In this document: piece after piece, positions 27,601-37,085 of the stretch | How positions within the stretch are numbered: position 1 is the stretch's first letter | Layout of the letters: every line of letters begins with the position of its first letter | Source of the DNA: a virus | Taxonomy: Duplodnaviria > Caudoviricetes | DNA: 64,000 bases | Strand: one strand, 5' to 3' | Virus record (IMG/VR): IMGVR_UViG_3300028591_000188 | Coordinates: 1 to 64,000 of that record | The notes under the pieces: model-generated | Seen by the model: the letters and a program-made list of their open reading frames with translations, nothing else | The model's database searches: none | Told to the model about the DNA's origin: nothing | Program-made: the position numbers and the translations under genes

Positions 27601-30600
27601 TTCATCTAGCTTAACTTTCTCATTCAAAGGAGCTAATGTCCATCTGTCAACCTGCCAAGTTTTTAATTTCTTATTGAATGACCTATCTTCTGGGGCAACC
27701 TTTCCTTCCATATATAATGACTTGTTTCTATTGAAAGAAACAAACATCTATGTGGCAAATTCAGGATTATCCTCCATTTTTCTAACTATCACTGAAAGCC
27801 AAGGAGTATTCTTCATTTCATCCTTCATAGCTTGTTTAAGCTCCTCAGAATCTTGGCAAGTATGGAATCTTTCAAATATAAAGTTTATCGCCTTATGTTT
27901 GTCAATATATAATGGGAATCCATATCCATAAGGATCTTCCTCATAGTCGTCTTCTGTGCTTACTTCATCATATTGATTTATTGTTTCTACCTTTTTTGTA
28001 ATAGGATAACCCTATTCATCTAATATATAGGCATTATTTTCGTCTTTTTGATATTTATAAAGTGTTATTCTAGAGAATTCCTTTTTGACTTCTTGAGTCA
28101 TCGTTTTCTCATAAGACTTTTCTTTTGAATCTATTGAGTAGGGCTCTCTACCGTCCTCAGCAAGTCTATCCTGTTCAAACATATCATCTACATCAGGATT
28201 CTCTTCATTCTATACCAATACTCTTAAATTTGATTTCAAAGGAAGTCCTGTAGCTTCAGCAAAATCAGCTTGAACACTATTCATTATAGCACTGAAGTTT
28301 CTTTCATCTGACAAGAATTCTTTCTTATATTTTACTTCATCAGAATCTTCTTCAAAAACCTAGAGGTAGTTGTCCCTAAACCACTTATATAAGGGCTTCT
28401 ATAAATCATTAAAATATCTTCTAAGAATCTATTGGCTACTTAATCCTTCAATATTAGGCACAATTCCTTCTATTTCCAAGTCATCAAGACTGGAATTATC
28501 AGCACTTATTTCATCTATTTTATCAAGGATAACCTTTATTGCAGTTCTTCCAACAAACAATTGTTCCTTTGCAGATACAGGCTGTGTTATACTATTTACT
28601 GTTTCAGTGAATAAATCAGAAGTATCAAAGTCAAATTGTTCCTCCTCTTCTTCCTATTGGGCATTTTCTATATCTTTTTGATTTATTTGTTTTACGGTGC
28701 TCTATACTTCTGTTTTATACACTTCTCCCTAAGGCATATCAGTTAATGTGTCTTTCTGGTTCTATGAAAGTAAGGCACTCTATACATACCTACTATCTGG
28801 AGTACCAGTCATTAATCCATTTGCCTATACAATGAAATAACCTGAAGAATCGAGTCTGTCCCATCTTCCAACATTAAACTCAGGATTTTCATATAATTCC
28901 TAACCGTTATAGTATATAGAATCACCTTTAAGGTTATAATTGCTTTCTTCTTTAGGCCAAGCAACCCTAGTAACGAGGAAGCCTACATTTCTATCTTTTA
29001 TTTCTATTCTAGAATTTGACTAAAGCATTTGTCTATAGACTCCTACTTGTAGATTATACTTTGGAAGCATATTCTTTTTCCAAGTAGAATAATCTTTACC
29101 TGTAGTCTTCATATCGTATAAATAGTAATCACCTTTGCTATCTACTACAATCATATCTATAGTACCTGCTACATATTTAGGTTTACCACCTACATTCATT
29201 ATCTGGCATACAGTGAACTCATCGTTACCATCTACTAAATCAAATTTAGTAAATACTTTATAATCCCTTCCTAAAGCTTCAAATTTTGCTTTTAATACAT
29301 TATTAAAATCTTTACAGAACTAATTAAGTTGCTGATATATTCTACTATTTTTATCTCCAATATTAGGATAAAAATCTTTTAATTTTTTACCTTCTTTTCC
29401 TTTTTCTCCAGCAAAATAATCTCTTATAAAAGCATCGTTTGCATTTCCGAAGGTTGTGTATCTTGATTGACCAGAATCTGTTTTAGCTTCTCTTCCTTCT
29501 ATAAGCTAAGTTACAGACATATCAGCGTCTCTCCATTCTTTATTTACCAATACTTCATAAACATGGCTTGTTTTAAAGTCTTTTCTCTTCTTTACAACCT
29601 TGGTAAAATCCTCTCTAAGTTGTAAAAGTTGTTTAGTATAATAATCTAAATTTTTTACACCTTCCTAAGCTTGGTTTTGTATCTATTGCTAATTTGTTTT
29701 GTTTACAGCAGACAATAGTCTATTCCATTCACTTTGAAGGAACTTATAGAGTTTAGGAGTTCTCTCCTGTGTTATTTCAGAAATTGCACCATTGAATATA
29801 GCATCTCCAGTACCTATTTTTAAGGTAGTGTATTTACCAGTATTCCATTCTGCTATAATATCATTAATTTCTTGAGTAATTAATTTCTTAAATTCTTTCA
29901 AGTCTTCATCTCTCCATTGTCCTGGAGAAGGATTACTCCTAGAAGGTTTACCTCTGCCGTGGTCAAATATCCATCTCTGCGTAGAAATAGGCATAGCGTT
30001 TGGAAGACCTCTCAAAACTGCTTGAGTCTAAGTAGGATATTTAAGTCCTTTACCATACTTCTTAGCATAAGGAGAATCATCAGGTATAGAAAGTCTTCCA
30101 CTAGTTCTATCAGTATTATCTGTGAAAACATAAAGGGATGTAGTATCTCTTTCTGCCTCACTTCTTACAAAATTAGTTTGCTATACATTCTATTGCTCTG
30201 GTTTTGTAATTTGTTCATAGAATATTCCTTTTCCATTAGTTGAAACATTTTCATCTAATAGATTTAAAACTAAGTCAGAAGCCTCTTCAAAAAGAGTAAG
30301 ATTTCCTTTAAACAAGTTGTTGAATATCTTGCTTAATATTTCCTTTACTCTATCTAAAAGAGTTTTTTCTTCTGTTGCTGGTATGCTAATTAATTCTTTA
30401 GCAAGCTCAGGAGAAGACCATAAGTCTGCAACAAACTCTTCAATAGCATGGTCTCCTGTATATTTATAGGAATTTTCTGAAGACTCTTTGTTATACTTGT
30501 CTATTATATTCTATATCTAGGTTCTAAATTCTTTATTGCTTTGTATTCTAGCTACAGTTATACTATGCAATATTTCATGCATTATTATAGCATTAGCTAC

Positions 30601-31956
30601 TCCTTCTTTTGTAAAATCAGCTAAAGCATTTATATGGATAGTGTTTGTTTCTGCTTCGTAATAAGCCCTTCTTCCTTGATATTTTTTGTCTTCCCTAATA
30701 TTTATTCCACTAGCTAAACCATTTTCTAATGAAATATTTAAGTCTTTTAATAATCCTTTTTCTTCAAGATATTTGAAAACTTTTGAATATCTTGTGTTTG
30801 ACATTCTGTCTTTTATAGCTGACAACACATCAATCTGCTAATTATTCTTATCATAATTATTAGCAAATATTGACTCAAGCTATTTATCTCTAAACTCTTT
30901 TAAATTCTTGTTTTGTTCAAAATGTTCGTGATAGATGTTATTATCCTAATCACTAAATTCACCATTATTATCAGTAGCTGATTTAATTTGGCTAGGATTA
31001 TATAACATTACCTCAAATCCTTCAGAAGGAATAAATTCATCTGTCGTTAAATCTCCACCTATAATTCCATCATATTTTTCTACTGAATCTTTGCCTTTAC
31101 TTCTAAGTATAGAATGTATGGTACTATGATGTAATGGAATATCTTTACTAATTATTGGATTTTTGACATTTAAAAATACTTCAAATACATTAGTACCATA
31201 TTGTTTTGCATAGTTCTTATCTGATGAAAAGAAAAATCCACTCTCCGTATCGTTTTCATCTATATAATGCCAATCAAAAGTATTAAATTGTTTAGGGCTT
31301 CCATGATATACTACCAAAGGCTCACCATTCTCATCTACTACTTTAGAAGCATTAACAGGATCATTAATCCAATCACCAAACCAATTAATAAAATTCTTGG
31401 TTCTAACTTGCAACCATTGTCTTTCAGTAAGATTGGTAGGATTGCCGTTAGGAGCTTTCATGAAAGTACCATCAGCAATAGCTTTTGACTTTATCTGTTG
31501 TAGTTCCTGCTCATTATTAACACCATATACTTTTTCTACAGGCTTATCAATGTTTATAATATAAGAACCATCATTTAGTTTAAAATATGTAGCATGGTTT
31601 TCAGTAGCTTCATCTAACATCTGCTTTATACTTATAACAGATTCTTCAGAAGCTTCTATAGGTTCTCCTAATCCTTCTATTGTATCAATAAACTATTGAG
31701 CCTCCTAATACAAAGGAGTTTCGTAGAAAGTGTTTATCTTATATACACCTCTTAAATAGTCAAGAAGATTTTCTCTATATTTAGGTTTAATTGCTTCTTC
31801 CTAATCTAGTGAGTTTAATGAAGCAAACAGTTGAATCTTTTCAACTAAATCTTTTGTATAAATACTTTGGTTTTCTAATCCTAATTCTTTTGAAATAGAG
31901 TCATTTATTTCCTTTATTTCAGGTCTTGTAGGACTTAAACATCTATCTTTACGCAT
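21697..31956 (-). CDS. Virion-packaged double-psi-barrel RNA polymerase polyprotein (3419 aa; TAG=Gln)
   Basis: ATG 31956 to TGA 21697; all eight track fragments (31620 down to 21981) are in one frame. Catalytic LLSGTDYDIDK (DYDID at 24172-24186); also YRIPTEDKYS, PGGPVVQV, KQLHPGSF and GKEFVGIAA. Confidence 0.9.
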
Positions 31957-31975
31957 AGCAAACTAAAATTTTTTG

Positions 31976-31983
31976 CAAAAATA
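31976..31983 (-). promoter_or_regulatory. Bacteroidota-type -7 promoter box (TAnnTTTG)
   Basis: Minus strand TATTTTTG followed by CA, with 19 nt between the box and ATG 31956; same spacing as the 4808 box. Confidence 0.55.
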
Positions 31984-32051
31984 ATACTTATATTTTAAAT
32001 ATTACAACTATATAATTAAAAATTAAACAATCAATTACATTTAAGTAAAAA

Positions 32052-32087
32052 AATAAGGGGAAGTACCAAATGGCACCTCCCCTTATT
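32052..32087 (-). terminator. Intrinsic terminator ending the early/middle operon
   Basis: Minus strand AATAAGGGGAGGTGCC-ATTT-GGTACTTCCCCTTATT followed by a T run. Confidence 0.85.
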
Positions 32088-32093
32088 ATTTAA

Positions 32094-32216
32094 TTACAAA
32101 TCTTGTTCTTCAGGATAATACTCCTTCATATAGCATCTATAACACAAACTACCAGTATCATTGGTATCTTCTATTTCTTTACCACAATACTCACAATACT
32201 TTACAATTTTTTCCAT
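32094..32216 (-). CDS. Small Cys-rich (Zn-ribbon-like) protein, 40 aa (not in track)
   Basis: MEKIVKYCEYCGKEIEDTNDTGSLCYRCYMKEYYPEEQDL*; two CxxC pairs; fills the gap before the terminator. Confidence 0.65.
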   Translation of the reverse strand: MEKIVKYCEYCGKEIEDTNDTGSLCYRCYMKEYYPEEQDL

Positions 32217-32228
32217 ATCCTTATAAAT

Positions 32229-32648
32229 TTATTCTGGACAAAACTCAATTTCATCTTGTTCCCAATCACTGCATTGTTTTATAAGGTCTTTTACAACTCT
32301 TAATTCCTTTCGTTCTGATTCTGTTAGATTTCTACAATTGGAAAGGTCTGTTAATTGTTGTAATCTTACCTCTTCTAAATAAGTCTTTACTGCAATAATA
32401 GTTTCAATTGCAGTACATCCTTGTGTCTTATACTCATCTTTCCAAGGAGTATCAGACGTATCACAATTTCTATAACAACCATCTTCATCACAATCTATTT
32501 CAAGATTATAATTGGTAGTGACTATTGTTACATCTTTACTTAATGTTTCCACTATGGTAACATTAAATTCCTCTTCAGGGTTTTCTACTTGGTTCCAGGG
32601 TGCATTAGGAGTATCTGAGCCTGGTGGATAGTGGTAATTATTATACAT
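32229..32648 (-). CDS. Hypothetical phage protein (NYHYPPG..APWNQ family)
   Basis: Track ORF 32229-32705; likely start ATG 32648 (MYNNYHYPPG), just after the upstream stop at 32650. Confidence 0.7.
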   Translation of the reverse strand: MYNNYHYPPGSDTPNAPWNQVENPEEEFNVTIVETLSKDVTIVTTNYNLEIDCDEDGCYRNCDTSDTPWKDEYKTQGCTAIETIIAVKTYLEEVRLQQLTDLSNCRNLTESERKELRVVKDLIKQCSDWEQDEIEFCPE

Positions 32649-32649
32649 A

Positions 32650-32859
32650 TTAAAATCCAAATTTAGTAAATTCATAATTCTCTGAAACCATCCATTGACA
32701 ATCATTCAGATTGAAGTTATATTTCTCTTCCAAACAATCAACAATAAATGTTTCAAAGTTATCATAATCATTCATTAACTCTTTATCTTCTTTAGTTAAT
32801 TTGATTACAATACATTCTGCTGTATTGTAATTTAATAGCCATAAATAATTATATTCCAT
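32650..32859 (-). CDS. Hypothetical protein
   Basis: Track ORF 32650-32892; likely start MEYNY at 32859; fits operon packing. Confidence 0.65.
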   Translation of the reverse strand: MEYNYLWLLNYNTAECIVIKLTKEDKELMNDYDNFETFIVDCLEEKYNFNLNDCQWMVSENYEFTKFGF

Positions 32860-33244
32860 TTGTTTCTTCCTTATTATCAAGATATTGGTCAAACATCTGA
32901 CTAAATAATTGTTTGTGCATATATACTATTGGAGAAGCTATATTCCATCTTTCCTTTGCTTCTTTAGAAATTCCTACTAACTTACCTGTTCTATAAGGAT
33001 TCTTTTCATCTTCTTTAGTATCATCTGTAACCTCTAAAATAAAAGCTCCTTTTTGTTTGTCTATTAACTCCTTGCATTTATCACACAATTCTCCAGTTAT
33101 ACATTCCCTAGGAGCTTCTACATCATTTTTTAATCTTCCCAGCAAAGCAATGCTATTAGTTAACTCTCCACATACAAAGCATTTGACAAGAGAAGGATTT
33201 AATCCATGTTTTTCACTTAATGTTATTGAATCTTCTTTACTCAT
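32849..33244 (-). CDS. Conserved phage protein with CxxC pairs (HGLNPS..CFVCG..CDKC)
   Basis: Track ORF; putative Zn-binding cysteines. Confidence 0.7.
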   Translation of the reverse strand: MSKEDSITLSEKHGLNPSLVKCFVCGELTNSIALLGRLKNDVEAPRECITGELCDKCKELIDKQKGAFILEVTDDTKEDEKNPYRTGKLVGISKEAKERWNIASPIVYMHKQLFSQMFDQYLDNKEETNGI

Positions 33245-33543
33245 AACTCAATATAAGAACATTTTACTACATATAATTCATTTTCTTCTCCAAAATCAAG
33301 TTCTTCATCAGTAACTATTGTTCCCCAAAAGTTTACTGTAAGTCCCTTATTTTTCTTTATTCCGCATATTTCAGTCCAATCTTCATCTGAATGTCTGGCA
33401 TAATAATCATACTTTCCTTCAGGTAATTCATCAGTGAAATATGAGGATTCATATCCGTCAGCGTTAATAATTAAACCATCATCTAAAACTAATTCAAGCT
33501 TCCAATCAGGCTTGCTTTCATTAAATTTGATTTTCTGTGCCAT
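33241..33543 (-). CDS. LPD28-like (large polyvalent protein-associated domain) protein
   Basis: ELPEGKYDYYARHSD..VNFWGTIVTDEELDF resembles the LPD28 pattern LPxGxYxYxxRH..VNxxGTIxT. Confidence 0.6.
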   Translation of the reverse strand: MAQKIKFNESKPDWKLELVLDDGLIINADGYESSYFTDELPEGKYDYYARHSDEDWTEICGIKKNKGLTVNFWGTIVTDEELDFGEENELYVVKCSYIEL

Positions 33544-33754
33544 TGCTAATTAATTCTAAAGTGTTTTCATCAATGAAATGTCTACTTGTTATATATAACA
33601 TTCCACCATGAATATTATGTGCAACTATCATAGGTTTAATAGTTCTTACCCTACACCCATCACTTTTTCTAAAAGACATTGATTTTGCATAAGCTAAATC
33701 TCCAGTAACCCATTCTCCAGTCTTTAAATCCTTTGCTTTAAATTGATATTTCAT
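33521..33754 (-). CDS. YopX-like protein
   Basis: MKYQFKAKDLKTGEWVTGDL matches the YopX N-terminal pattern (FRxK..GEWVxGxL); likely start 33754. Confidence 0.55.
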   Translation of the reverse strand: MKYQFKAKDLKTGEWVTGDLAYAKSMSFRKSDGCRVRTIKPMIVAHNIHGGMLYITSRHFIDENTLELISNGTENQI

Positions 33755-33755
33755 A

Positions 33756-34106
33756 TTAATCAATATTACTAGATTCACGGTTTTCTAACTTCGATAATCT
33801 TTCTTGAAGAGGAATCAAAAGGTCATTCTGAATCTTTTCAATTCTTTTCTCCAAAGCAAATTTTTCGTCATATCCAATATAGTATTCAATATCTTTACTT
33901 TTAAGGTCATTCTCTCCTAAAATAAAACACTTCTTTGGTCCATAGATAGTAGCAAAATAACCACTTTTACTTTTATGTTCTTTGTTATCTATCATTGGAT
34001 TTCTTCCAATAAATTGAATAACCACATCTTCAAAGTTAGGAGTAATTATTGTAAAGATGTCTCCTACTTTAATGTCTTTAAGACTTGTTAATCTTTGTAA
34101 TTCCAT
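33756..34106 (-). CDS. Hypothetical protein
   Basis: Track ORF in a tightly packed operon. Confidence 0.7.
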   Translation of the reverse strand: MELQRLTSLKDIKVGDIFTIITPNFEDVVIQFIGRNPMIDNKEHKSKSGYFATIYGPKKCFILGENDLKSKDIEYYIGYDEKFALEKRIEKIQNDLLIPLQERLSKLENRESSNID

Positions 34107-34109
34107 AAT

Positions 34110-34340
34110 TTAAAAATTTGGTGGTAAAAATGATATAGTTCTAGTTGGGTCTATTATTGTATGAAATTGTAGTAGTTGTCTATTTAAATCCATTTGGTTT
34201 TTTAATTGTGCTAAACGTTCTTCTATAGCAACTATTTCTAAGTTATTATCATAGACTTCTCTACCACAATAAGCACATACTTTCTTACCTTCTTTATATT
34301 CAAATTTAACAGACCCGCAAGATTTACATTGTGTATTCAT
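34110..34340 (-). CDS. Zn-ribbon protein (CKSCG..CAYCG) with coiled-coil tail
   Basis: Track ORF; two CxxC motifs. Confidence 0.7.
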   Translation of the reverse strand: MNTQCKSCGSVKFEYKEGKKVCAYCGREVYDNNLEIVAIEERLAQLKNQMDLNRQLLQFHTIIDPTRTISFLPPNF

Positions 34341-34462
34341 TATTCTCCATCTATTAATTCACAAGGTACTGCAACACCTTCACCATCACAAACAGGATAA
34401 CAATCCTCAATATCCATATATTTTTGGCTTTCTGGCCAAAAGAAAATATAATACTTTTGCAT
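34340..34462 (-). CDS. Small protein, 40 aa (not in track)
   Basis: MQKYYIFFWPESQKYMDIEDCYPVCDGEGVAVPCELIDGE*; its TAA overlaps the next ATG (TAATG). Confidence 0.6.
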   Translation of the reverse strand: MQKYYIFFWPESQKYMDIEDCYPVCDGEGVAVPCELIDGE

Positions 34463-34464
34463 AA

Positions 34465-34635
34465 TTATTTTAATTGGTTATCAATATAAGTAATTACTTC
34501 ACTTATTTTATATTGAATAGTTTCTCTTTCTTTTGGTGTTAGTTGGCAATCTTCAATAGCAGCATAACTATCACATTCCATAGCAAGGGAGCTGAGTTTA
34601 TTTCTCAGCCCCACTATCCATTTGTGTCTAATCAT
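34465..34635 (-). CDS. Small protein, 56 aa (not in track)
   Basis: MIRHKWIVGLRNKLSS..ITYIDNQLK*; fills the gap with 2-nt spacers on both sides. Confidence 0.6.
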   Translation of the reverse strand: MIRHKWIVGLRNKLSSLAMECDSYAAIEDCQLTPKERETIQYKISEVITYIDNQLK

Positions 34636-34637
34636 AA

Positions 34638-35108
34638 TTACTTCTTTTCAGATTTAATAGACTTTCCAAAATTTTTTAAGTTCTCAATAAATTTATTCCT
34701 TGGACCAATGAAGTAGTAATCACCTTCACAATTAATACCCATAAGAAGAAGGTCTTTCTTTTCAAAAGCTTCATTTATATAAGACCTATATTGTTCCAAA
34801 TATTCCTTGTATCTTTCACTATCGTTTAATAAATGAGGATTAAGGAGCAGATACAGTTGAAGTACAGTGTCTTTATCTTCCTCTTTGGTAAGCTTTAATC
34901 CAATTACATCATTATCTTCATATCCTCTCATTAAATCCCAAGCATTTTGTTTATCAACAATTAAATTTTGGAATTTAAGTTTAAGCACTCCTTCAGCACT
35001 CTTTTCATACTTTTCACATTCCTCTTTAGTATCCCATAAATTACCATCAAAGGATTCATATTGATAAGTATAGTCTTTTCTGATTATTTCTTTCTTGATT
35101 TCTTTCAT
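34638..35108 (-). CDS. Hypothetical protein
   Basis: Track ORF; YESFDG..FDTKEECEKYE-type N-terminus common in Bacteroidota phages. Confidence 0.75.
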   Translation of the reverse strand: MKEIKKEIIRKDYTYQYESFDGNLWDTKEECEKYEKSAEGVLKLKFQNLIVDKQNAWDLMRGYEDNDVIGLKLTKEEDKDTVLQLYLLLNPHLLNDSERYKEYLEQYRSYINEAFEKKDLLLMGINCEGDYYFIGPRNKFIENLKNFGKSIKSEKK

Positions 35109-35146
35109 TTTATTAAGGTTTTAATATAATTCTTCTTTAATCATAT

Positions 35147-35383
35147 TTATTTCTACATTTTTATGTATTTAAGATACTTTGTATACAGCCATGTGTTAGC
35201 TTGAAAACAAGTATATTCATCACATTTTAAAGTAACTGGATTATTGTTTCTTCTTGCATTCAATACTTGATATACATCCCCCAAATAAATTCTCTTACCA
35301 TAAATATCAACCATTCCAGACCAATAAGATTCAGGTTTGTAATTTACCCACTTTTGGGTGGCTTTATCAAAATAAGTTTTCAT
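35147..35383 (-). CDS. Hypothetical protein (YopX-like GMVDIYGKRIYLGD segment)
   Basis: Track ORF ends at TAG 35153; TAG-AAA-TAA gives the end at 35147 under TAG=Gln. Confidence 0.6.
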
Positions 35384-35385
35384 AT

Positions 35386-35700
35386 TTATTTGGATATTTC
35401 ATTATCTGCTGCCAATTTAAACAAATCCATAAGTTTTGTAAGATATTCATTTGGAAGAATAAAAACCACTTCATGCCTTAATGGATACATTTTAGGTTTT
35501 GTTTTTATATCAAATTCATCTCCTTTTTCTATAGCTATAGTATATCTATTATAATCGTTTTTAAAACACTCTTCTACATGTTTAATCCTATCTAAGAAAC
35601 TTAAGATATTTAACTTTCTTGATATTTTTTCTTCCTGTTCTGTAAGCTTATCAAGTTGCTTCTCAAGCTTAGCTTTCTCTTTGATTTGTTCTTCAGTCAT
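35386..35700 (-). CDS. Hypothetical coiled-coil protein
   Basis: Track ORF. Confidence 0.7.
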   Translation of the reverse strand: MTEEQIKEKAKLEKQLDKLTEQEEKISRKLNILSFLDRIKHVEECFKNDYNRYTIAIEKGDEFDIKTKPKMYPLRHEVVFILPNEYLTKLMDLFKLAADNEISK

Positions 35701-36799
35701 ATTTAGATGGATATTTCATTATTCCTTCCCATACACCAGCTTTCTCAAATTCTTGCTTGATAAGATTAGCTAACACAAGCATATCAGGATGAGGTTCTCC
35801 TGTCTTTCCAAACAACCTTTTATCAAACCAATCTCTCCAATCAGATTCAAAAGCTGTATATGCTATTTCAGATTTAGTTCCTAATGGTAATACTTTTCTT
35901 GCTTGTTGAGGAGTCCAGCCTTTATCCAAAAGCATCATATAACTTTTTTCACAAGCAAGATTTGCAAAGAACCACCAATCTAAAGCATCCCATCTGTCAG
36001 TTCTATCATTGGAAATATCATCAGCAAAACCAACTAAGCCTTTATAGGTAGGAATTTCTTCTTCATTAACCCAAGATGGAATACCAACACTAATAGAATT
36101 ATCATATTTTCCTTTTGAATAGTTACAATATCTTGTAGATTCTTCAGTAGGACTTAATACTCTATTTCTATTGCTCTCTCTCGTAATATCAATACTTGTA
36201 GTAAGCTTTACAGTTAACCTCTTCTCATGGAATTCTGTTGGTTCACAAAGATATTTCAAATCATCAAGCCAACTATTCTCTTGAAGCACACGTAGATTTG
36301 TCGTAATATATGCTATATGTTCAAAATAAATTCCATCATCATCATATTTGTAATCATCACTTTCATCATATGATAATGATTTATTTTCATCAACATATGT
36401 TCTTTTTGTTGTTATTGGAGAACATCTTTTGTAAGTTGATTCAATATGGCACTTAGAATATTTATTATGATAATATTTAGACGCTTTTATTGAAGATTCA
36501 TTTATTATATTAAACTCTTGGAATGGAGATGGAAGCTTATCATGGTCTACAATTTTACGCCACCAAGATTTACCATACGAATCTGATATAAATGGAATTT
36601 TTAGATATATAGTCCCATGCTCGAGTACTGACCAGTGTTTGCTTTTGATAAGCATATCCACAAACTTCTTTGCAGAGTCATCAGTCATCTTATCCCAACT
36701 GAGATATGATGTTCTCCCAGCCAATTCTATTTGCTTATAAATACCGTCAATACCTGCTTGTTGAGGCAGGTATTGAGCAGATTGATTAATTAGTTTCAT
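35693..36799 (-). CDS. thyX: Flavin-dependent thymidylate synthase (variant motif)
   Basis: IELAGRTSY, HWSVLEH, RNRVLSPTEESTRYCNYS, PQQARKVLP and HPDM. Confidence 0.88.
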   Translation of the reverse strand: MKLINQSAQYLPQQAGIDGIYKQIELAGRTSYLSWDKMTDDSAKKFVDMLIKSKHWSVLEHGTIYLKIPFISDSYGKSWWRKIVDHDKLPSPFQEFNIINESSIKASKYYHNKYSKCHIESTYKRCSPITTKRTYVDENKSLSYDESDDYKYDDDGIYFEHIAYITTNLRVLQENSWLDDLKYLCEPTEFHEKRLTVKLTTSIDITRESNRNRVLSPTEESTRYCNYSKGKYDNSISVGIPSWVNEEEIPTYKGLVGFADDISNDRTDRWDALDWWFFANLACEKSYMMLLDKGWTPQQARKVLPLGTKSEIAYTAFESDWRDWFDKRLFGKTGEPHPDMLVLANLIKQEFEKAGVWEGIMKYPSKYD

Positions 36800-37085
36800 C
36801 TTTTTTATTATTTATATGTTCTATAAATTTCCAGTAAGTAGGAGTATTATACCTCCAACGCCAAGGAAATATATCCACTTTATCAGAATCAAGGTGAGTT
36901 GCACATCCATGATATCTGCTACCAATCCAATATTGTAATCCTATTTTATCATTTTGGTTATAGCATAGAATATTTCCTATATATCCACTATACTCCTCTT
37001 TTAACCCTCTATGAATTATCATTTCAGGAGAAGCAATATCCTCTGGCATTTCTCCTTGCCTACATTTATGCCATTTATAGTCCAT
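36786..37085 (-). CDS. Hypothetical protein
   Basis: Track ORF. Confidence 0.65.
   Translation of the reverse strand: MDYKWHKCRQGEMPEDIASPEMIIHRGLKEEYSGYIGNILCYNQNDKIGLQYWIGSRYHGCATHLDSDKVDIFPWRWRYNTPTYWKFIEHINNKKDETN

Noticed and set aside
1756-30243. Opposite-strand and alternate-frame track ORFs in the left half (e.g. 1756-1992, 5312-5503, 5775-5978, 10789-11187, 12571-12918, 19527-19958, 27485-27931, 29917-30243)
   Set aside because: They are shadows of long recoded genes, with no motifs and skewed composition.
409-31620. Interpreting the fragmented left-half ORFs as pseudogenes or sequencing errors
   Set aside because: All fragments of each gene share one frame and, where I read through them, are separated only by TAG, never by TAA, TGA or frameshifts.
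35110-35144. Mini-ORF MIKEELY* between two genes
   Set aside because: Seven codons with no supporting evidence.
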